Shown piece by piece: positions 56,866-64,000 of a stretch of 64,000 nt of DNA. Positions within the stretch are counted from its first letter, which is position 1. Each line of letters begins with the position of its first letter. The notes beneath the pieces are model-generated. The model saw only the letters and a list, made by a program, of their open reading frames with translations, did no database searches and was not told where the DNA came from. Source of the DNA: Carcharhinus longimanus. Taxonomy: Eukaryota. Position numbers and translations under genes: made by a program. Location of the stretch: contig JASCQW010000148.1 of NCBI GenBank assembly GCA_030264375.1, forward strand, positions 21,471,262 to 21,535,261, given 5' to 3'.

Positions 56866-56911
56866 TGCTCCAATGCCCTACCTCATAGGAGTGCATTCAA
56901 GTTTAATGGAG
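56866..56911 (+). CDS. DENND1A: internal coding exon of DENN domain-containing protein 1, next exon after 30892-30992
   Basis: 46 nt between the acceptor ttctcttttctgttcttag and the donor gtaagt. Phase-2 start completes TG+T=Cys and reads (C)APMPYLIGVHSSLME, the exact continuation of the DENN motif LDYCCAPMPYLIG. Confidence 0.93.
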
Positions 56912-56922
56912 GTAAGTGTATT

Positions 56923-58045
56923 TTTGATTTGATTTACTATTGTCACATGTATTGGAACAAAGAACAAAGAAAATTTCAGCGCAGGAACAGGCCCTTCAGC
57001 CCTCCAAGCCTGCACCGACCATGCTGTCCAGCTTAACTAAAACCCTCTACAATTCTGGGGACCATATCCCTCTATTCCCATCTCATTCATGTACTTGTCA
57101 AGACACCCCTTAAAAGTCACTATCGTATCCGCTTCCGCTACCTCCCCCGGCAATGAGTTCCAGGCACCCACCACTCTCTCTGTGTAAAAAATCTGCCTCT
57201 TACATCTCTTTTAAAACTTGCCCCTTGCACCTTAAACCTACGCCCCTTAGTGATTGACTCTTCCACCCTGGGAAAAAGCTTATGACTATCCATTCTGTCC
57301 GTGCCTCTCATAATCTTGCAGACTTCTATCAGGTCTCCCCTCAACTTCTGTTGCTCCAGTGAGAACAAATGAAGTTTTTCCAACCTTTCCTTATAGCTAA
57401 TGTCCCCCATACCAGGCAACATCCTGGTAAATCTTTTCTATACCCTCTCCAAAGCCTCCACATCCTCCCGGTAGTGTGGTGACCAGAATTGAACACTGTT
57501 CCAAGTGCGGCCTCACTAAGATTCTATAAAGTGACAACGTGACTTGCCAATTTTTAAACTCAGTACCCCAGCGGATGAAGGCAAACATGCAGTATGCCTT
57601 CTCCACCTGTGTTGCCACTTTCAGTGACCTGTGTACCTGTACACCCAGATCCCTTTGCCTATCAATACTCTTAAGGGTTCTGCCATTTNNNNNNNNNNNN
57701 NNNNNNNNNNNNNNNNNNNNNNNNNNNNNNNNNNNNNNNNNNNNNNNNNNNNNNNNNNNNNNNNNNNNNNNNNNNNNNNNNNNNNNNNNNNNNNNNNNNN
57801 NNNNNNNNNNNNNNNNNNNNNNNNNNNNNNNNNNNNNNNNNNNNNNNNNNNNNNNNNNNNNNNNNNNNNNNNNNGAAAAAGATCAACTTAATGCGAGGTA
57901 GGTCCATTCAAAAGCCTAATGGCAGCATTGAATAAGCTGTTCTTGAGTTGGTTGGTACGTGTCCTCAGACTTTTGTATCTTTTTCTCGATAGAAGGCAAA
58001 AGAGAGTATGTCCTTGATTATGTTGGCTGCTTTTCCGAGTTTTTT
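56923..58045 (-). mobile_element. Rex1/Babar LINE 3' end, split by a CR1 copy and an N gap
   Basis: tttgatttgatttactattgtcacatgtattg (56923-56954) and aaagatcaacttaatgcgaggtaggtccattcaaaag...aagctgttcttgagt (57875-58045) both match the Rex1 copy at 14255-14580 in order. Confidence 0.8.
56955..57688 (-). mobile_element. CR1 LINE 3' portion, relatively young
   Basis: ORFs 57138-57422 (SYKERLEKLHLFSLEQQKLRGDLIEVCKIMRG) and 57397-57618 (KAYCMFAFI...LYRILVRPHLE). Tail (gaacaaa)n. Confidence 0.92.
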
Positions 58046-58697
58046 TTCCTCACTGGAAATGGATTACGTCTGCTATACCTCTTTACAGGCTTATTAGTTA
58101 TTTCTAATAATCTTATTAAAATGCAACTACAAGTCAGTTTATGTAAGATATAAGCTTTCTTCATATTTTTCTTAAAGCTGATGTTTTCAGAACAAGTATT
58201 TAAAAGTTATTAAAACTGTGATCACTCACTTCAGTCTTCTACATTGATATGTGAAAAACACGACATGATTCAAAAATCTGAACTTTGTGATCTTATCAAA
58301 TCAATAGAAAGTTCAGCATTTGTCACCCTTGGTGTTTTTACTTACGATTGGCATGAAAAACGCAAAGGATTTATTGCAATGAATGTATTATACCCTCTTG
58401 TTTTCCTTCTCTTAACATTTAAAAGCATAATTATTGTATACATTTACCAGCATTTCATTTTACCTGAAGAAATTGGTTTAAATGCTAGGTCAGAGTAATC
58501 ATGAATTGTGCTGTAGGCCTTTTTAAGAATATAAAAGATTGGCAAACGATGCTTTACAAAATCTTAATATATGCATATACTTAAAACTGCAGTTCAAACC
58601 CACGTTATGTGCATTCTTTGATAAAGTTGAGTGCCTTTTACTGCTTTCTGAAAATAAAATTCCAAAAATCTGAAATCATGGCCAGATTTTAGTTATT

Positions 58698-58903
58698 GGC
58701 TGAAAATCTCAGGCCATTCACGCCAGCGGGATTCTCTGGTCCCACCAGCAGTGCAGCCTCGCCCATGGGTTTAACAGTGTGGGGTGCCAACAATGGAAAA
58801 TCCCATTGACAGCAGCAGGAGTAGAGGATCCCATTGCTGGCGAACAGCATGCCACCTTCCACCACTGAGAAACATGCAGCTGGGAGGCTGGAAAATTTTG
58901 CCC
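58698..58903. mobile_element. MITE with nested internal inverted repeats
   Basis: Ends ggctgaaaatctc / gaaaattttgccc, flanked by att on both sides. Internal arms gccagcgggattctc / gaggatcccattgctggc and centre caatggaaaatcccattg. Confidence 0.7.
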
Positions 58904-59599
58904 ATTGTCTCAGCCTCATACTTTTTAGCTTTAGGCTATGTTTTTCTTTGTTACTGTAATAAACCAGTGTGGGGGGTAGAAAACATATTCAATCAGCCAT
59001 TTGCTGCTAAGTACAATAACATTGGTCTGGTACCTTTTTTAGATTAGGCAGATGCGTTGTTTATTTTATAATTAAGCCAATCTGTTAAGAGTGTCGTCTA
59101 AATGATTTTTACCCCAATTAGTGTTTCAGTTTTTCTGCAGGAAAACTTGAAAACTAAAACAAATGCCAGTTTTTTTTTTCAAAAGTGACTTTTTTTTGTT
59201 TGTCTTTTGGTGTTCCCATGGCAAGGCTGACAGGCAAACCATTAGATGGTCAGCCATCTCTCAGGCCTCTGCTAGTTGAATCATGGACACAAACTTCAGA
59301 AAGCTGGCTACCATGGCTAGAGCTCCATTGGTTCTTGTATGAAATCACCCAAGATCCTTGCTTCCACTTGGCATTTTGCGAAAATGATATAGCAAAGATT
59401 GTAGATGCAAATATACAGTGGGTCAATTCAACAAGAAAATTATTCAACAAGAGACACTGCTGCATTAATTTCAGCAGAACTAAATTACAAACAGTACATG
59501 TCCCTGATGAAGGTTTGTTCCTTTCTTAAGAATCAAAACCACAGAGGGAGTGCTTTCTGTGCCAGGTACCCCAAAGACATGGAAATTATTACTTTGGAT

Positions 59600-60045
59600 T
59601 ACCATAGAAAATTACAGCTCAGAAACAGGCTTTTTGGCCCTTCTTGTCTGTGCTGAACCATTTTTTGCCTAGTGCCACTGACCTGCACTTGGACCATATC
59701 CCTTCATACCCCTCTCATCCATGAACCCATTCAAGTTTTTCTTAATTGTTTAAAAGTGACCCCACATTTACCACTTTATCCGGCAGCTCATTCCACACTC
59801 CCACCATTCTCTGCGTGAAGAAGCTCCCCCCCCCCTAATATTCCCTTTAAACTTTTCTCCTTTCACCCTTAACCCATGCCCTCTGGTTTTTTTTCTCCCC
59901 TAGCCNNNNNNNNNNNNNNNNNNNNNNNNNNNNNNNNNNNNNNNNNNNNNNNNNNNNNNNNNNNNNNNACCTCTATCAAATCTCCCCTCATTCTTCTACG
60001 CTCCAGGGAATAAAGTCCTAACCTATTCAATCTCTCTCTGTAATT
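59600..60045 (-). mobile_element. CR1 LINE 3' end (N gap inside)
   Basis: accatagaaaattacagctcagaaacaggctttttggccc tail and cagctcattccacactcccaccattctctgcgtgaagaa. Confidence 0.88.
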
Positions 60046-60224
60046 GAAGACTATCCGAGACCAGAATTGGAAATTGCACTATTTTGGCCTTACTTTGTGC
60101 TTCCACAGCATTAACTTTTCTCCTGCTCTATGTAACTTCTGTACTAGCAAATATACACTTGCCAGTTTGCTTGTGTGTCAACCCGTAACCTACTTTGTCA
60201 TTGTTAATTTTCTCAGTTCCTTTC

Positions 60225-60475
60225 TTGAGAGCCGTGATTCATCCTGGGGTATGGTTTCTGGCCACCCTGAGCCCAGACAGTGAGTGTCGTTTGCAGGCTA
60301 ATTGACCACAGAATATGTCATTGTGGAGCTCCAAATTGATCCTAGCATGCATTCCCAACACCAGTTCCTTCGTAATCAGAAGTGGGAACCTTACTACTTT
60401 ATTGGATTATCTTGATTGGTAGAGGTTAGGAATTGAATTTGGGAATCTCTTGTCTATTAGACTCGACGCTACCAA
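60225..60475 (-). mobile_element. old tRNA-SINE remnant
   Basis: ggaattgaatttggga (reverse-complemented B-box-like) and gagcccagacagtgagtgtc...caggcta body. Confidence 0.35.
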
Positions 60476-61064
60476 AAGGGATACAATGAAAGATTGATCA
60501 GAGAGTGTCACCTTATGAGGAACATAAATCTATTAATTTGATAAATGAAGGTGAATGGCCTAGCATTCTAGTTTGATACAAAATTAAGATTTTCTGGGTC
60601 TAAATCTGCATGCATTATATTATAGATGCTGCTGGTGGGAGATGAATTCTGTACCAGACATTTAGCTCTATACATTACATAAATGAATGTTGTCACAAAA
60701 CTCGATGCAGCCCGTTCCCACGATTGCAGGCAGATTCCAGAAGTATCTAAACAAATATTCTACTTGAACAGTAACAGCACTTCTCAACTATTATTCATTA
60801 TTTTTAATTTTCTACATTAGACAAACAGATTTACCAGTTCTAGGAAGGTGTGGGTATGACTTCAGGAATCATTAACATTTTGCAGTCTGTTGCAGTAGTG
60901 ACCATGATTCTTCAGCTAAGATGAAAATACCATGCTCCACAAAGGAAACCAGACATAAAAGTTAACTGCTTGTTGATTCAAGTATAAGTTATAAATGTCT
61001 GGATATTATCAGTAGGGGAAATTGCCTTGATATTGTTTGAAGGGCCCTCTTCTGCTTTACGGAA

Positions 61065-61680
61065 AACAGCCCTTTCTTCGCAGCTGAAATGTTCCAGCCC
61101 AGGCAGCACCTTGGTGAATCGCCTCTGCACTCTTTTGAATGCAATCACATCCTCCCTATAGTGTGATGACCAGAACTGAACACAGTACTCTAGCTGTGGC
61201 CAAACAACTTTTTATACAGTTCCATCATAATCTCTCTGCCCTTCCTATTATCTACCTCACCTGATAAAAGCAAGTATTCCATATGTCATCTTAACCATTT
61301 TATCTAACTGACCTTTTGTGTTCAGAGACCTACGAACATGCACTCCAAGGTCTCTGTGGTCTTCTGTACTTCCTGACGTTCATTGTTTATTCCATTCCCC
61401 TGTTCGTCTTCCCGAAAAATGCATCACCTCACACTTTTCAGGGTTAAATTCCATTTACCACTGTTCTGCCCATCTGACCAGCCTGCCTGTATCATCCTGT
61501 AATCTAAGGCTTTCCTCCTTGCTATTTACCATACCAGCAATTTTTATGTCATCTGCACATTTACTGATCATATCACCCACACTTACGTCTGGATCACTAA
61601 TGTACACTACATACATAAGGGACCCAGCACCAATCCCTGAGGTACACCACTGGACACAGGCTTCCAATCACAACATATCT
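61065..61680 (-). mobile_element. CR1 LINE RT-to-C-terminal fragment
   Basis: Minus strand MISKCADDIKIAGMVNSKEESLRLQDDTGRLVRWAEQW and LEYCVQFWS. Confidence 0.88.
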
Positions 61681-62049
61681 CCAAAAAACTTCTGAATACA
61701 TTGTTAGACCAGCCATCTGAATAGTTAATGGTTTGATCGACCTTTTACAATCTGGAAAATGCATGAGAAAGATTTTTGGGCTTTTAATTCTAGTGGTTTA
61801 ATGAAAATCTTTTGAAGCTTCATTTTCAACAGAAACAAGTCTGTTCACACATGGATTCTTACTAATGCCATATTAACTTCTATAAAGGCAGTAGATTTGT
61901 GTGTGATATTCAGCTTAGTCTGTTTTCTGGTGGTTTCCCATATATTTGTTTGATGGGAAAGGATTTCATGTCTCAAACACTCATCTATTTTCAGGACTAA
62001 GAATATAGATGATCTGTTGATGAAAACTATTGGAGAAATCCTAAAATAA

Positions 62050-62165
62050 TGGATTGCAGCGATTCAAGAAGGCAGCTCACCAGCACCTTCTTAAGGGTGA
62101 CTAGGGATGGGCAATAAATGCTGGCCAGCCAGCGTTGTCCATATCCCACAAATGAATAAATAAAT
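62050..62165 (+). mobile_element. 3' tail of the second LINE family
   Basis: ggattgcagcgattcaagaaggcagctcaccagcaccttcttaaggg...ctagggatgggcaataaatgctggccagccagcg...gaataaataaa. Confidence 0.85.
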
Positions 62166-64000
62166 AGACAATGATCTAGTTTTCCAATCATCACTTATTT
62201 TGTATTTATACTGATTTGCTTAATCAAAAGCAATGTGAAAGCCTAAAGAGACCATCAGCTGTTAAAGAAATCTTACAGTATCTGCTGAGTAATGAAGTAA
62301 AATTGCAGTAGGTTAACTTAATTCATGTTAAATGAAGAGCAGAGTTTACTACAGATAACTCTACATCTCAGTAACATACATACTGCGCCTTCACGTTGGT
62401 ACATTAACCTGTTGACTTACGAATGCCTTGACTAATTTGAGTACAAGTTATATTTAGGAATAAATAGTTGAAATGTGCTAATTTAGAGATTGTACAGGTT
62501 CCTACACTTTGTTTATTTTCCTCTAAAGATGACCTCTGTTTACCTAATTTGTTCAACCTACATCAAATTAGAATTATCTTTTGTACCTCTGTCTCTTTTT
62601 AGTCTTCAGCATTATTACTATTGTAATATAAAATGAGATAAATAGACACGCTACCATTGAAACATTTGAACTATATGTTTGTGGTTTGAATATCCTATGA
62701 TTTGTACCTAGACTCAAAAGTACATCAAGTACTGGTGCCCATCTACACTGAATATATGAAATCAGCTACTGACTTTTTTGAAATATTGGGTAACTATATA
62801 AAAGTAGAATTTTCCATATTCAGAAATCAGAATAATATCCATTTTGATGGTGAAAATAGTTTCCAAACTGGTAAATATAATAGATTAATATTCAGTAAGC
62901 ATATCTGTCATGAAAATTCCCAAAATGAAGTTGACGTATTAGGGCACCAATTGGGCTGGTATGAAAGGTCTAAATTTTGATTTTACCATTGAAAATCAAA
63001 ATCAGAAATATGTCTTTGTTATAACAATGTAACATTTTACAGCATATTTAGATTCAGGCTCATTTTGTGGGTGGATGGTTCTGAGTATGCTTAATTCATA
63101 GTAACGTGGGAATTTTGGGATTCTGTCTGTTCATTGTAATTTATATGTATGATTACTTTTTCCTTTCACAACTTGCAGAATGAAACATGGCACCAAATAC
63201 TTCTTGATTTGGCAATATAAATAAAACACAGAGTTTCCTTTTATTTCCCATGGGTCTATGTATCAACGGCTTTATTTTAAAGGAAGGTAGGATTGTCACC
63301 TTGCCAATTTAATCAAGGTTTACAAAATCCAAGAATTTTTTACTGTTGGAAGGAATACTTTCAAGAAAAGGAATTCAGTGGCTGTGATGAATGAAGAGGA
63401 ATCTAAGCTAAAATACAAATAAAGAGAAAGTAAAGTTGTAATAATAATATAATAATATATACTTGTTTGTACCAGTGAAGCACAAGATCAAGGCAATGCA
63501 CAACTTAAAATGTATTGTAAACTTTCATGGTGAAGTCATGCACAGAAGGCTGATGTGGAAATGAATATTGGTTTGGCTTGGCTTTGTTTGAATCAAATGG
63601 ACTTCAAAATGTATGGTAGAAATATTAACTTCATCAGGGGTATAAAATGGGTGATTTCAAATCAACTATTCACTCTACCAATCAGATAGAGTCAATGGGG
63701 GCTTATCCTGCACCAAGCCAAGCTTGAAAATTTGGTAACTTTGTGGCATTTTGTTGTAATATCCAGTGTAACAACAGTTTCTATACTTCAAAAGTAATCC
63801 AGTGATATTGAAGAACTTCTCTAGTTATTTCCTTTCTTTCCCTCTATTTCCTCCTACCTTCTGACTTACTTCCTTAGAAAATGCAGAAGCATCCTTCCAC
63901 TTTCATATCATCAAGATGCAAGTCCTTCATGGCCAGTTTTATTCACCTTTTGTCATTGCAGCCAATTACCAGACAGCATAATCCTATTCAGGGTGCTTTT

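Noticed and set aside
59120-59170. Acceptor-like site tttttctgcag
   Set aside because: No DENN-like translation and no convincing donor follows.
63150-63225. Acceptor-like site (ttttcctttcacaacttgcag) as the next DENND1 exon
   Set aside because: The phase-0 reading NETWHQILLDLAI* hits a stop and does not resemble the expected KVR..ALDDVVILNVD continuation.
1-64000. CRISPR array, operon or other prokaryotic system
   Set aside because: No regularly spaced repeat-spacer array and no dense ORFs. The sequence is vertebrate intronic DNA with GT-AG exons.

Overview
Eukaryotic, AT-rich, repeat-dense vertebrate DNA with about a dozen N gaps. The repeat repertoire (HE1-like V-SINEs, CR1/HER1-like LINEs, Deu-domain SINE, Rex1/Babar, RTE, L2, Penelope-derived elements) points to a cartilaginous fish, probably a shark. 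Two short + strand coding exons of a DENN-domain Rab GEF gene, best matching DENND1A (connecdenn-1), are present at 30892-30992 ([33 protein letters not shown]) and 56866-56911 (CAPMPYLIGVHSSLME). They are joined in phase 2 across a 25.9-kb intron. No flanking exons were recognised, so the whole window is probably inside this gene. The listed ORFs are transposon remnants or chance ORFs. The main second-look items are: (1) a family of short, often palindromic Penelope-derived elements with minimal hammerhead-ribozyme cores, several of which host nested insertions; (2) V-SINE tail swapping between CR1 and Rex1 partners; (3) an in-frame 105-nt candidate cassette exon; (4) a three-template mosaic local duplication; (5) TE-poor blocks that may be long-range enhancers of the neighbouring LHX2/LHX9-type gene. 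Repeat family names come from motif recognition without a database, and boundaries are approximate.
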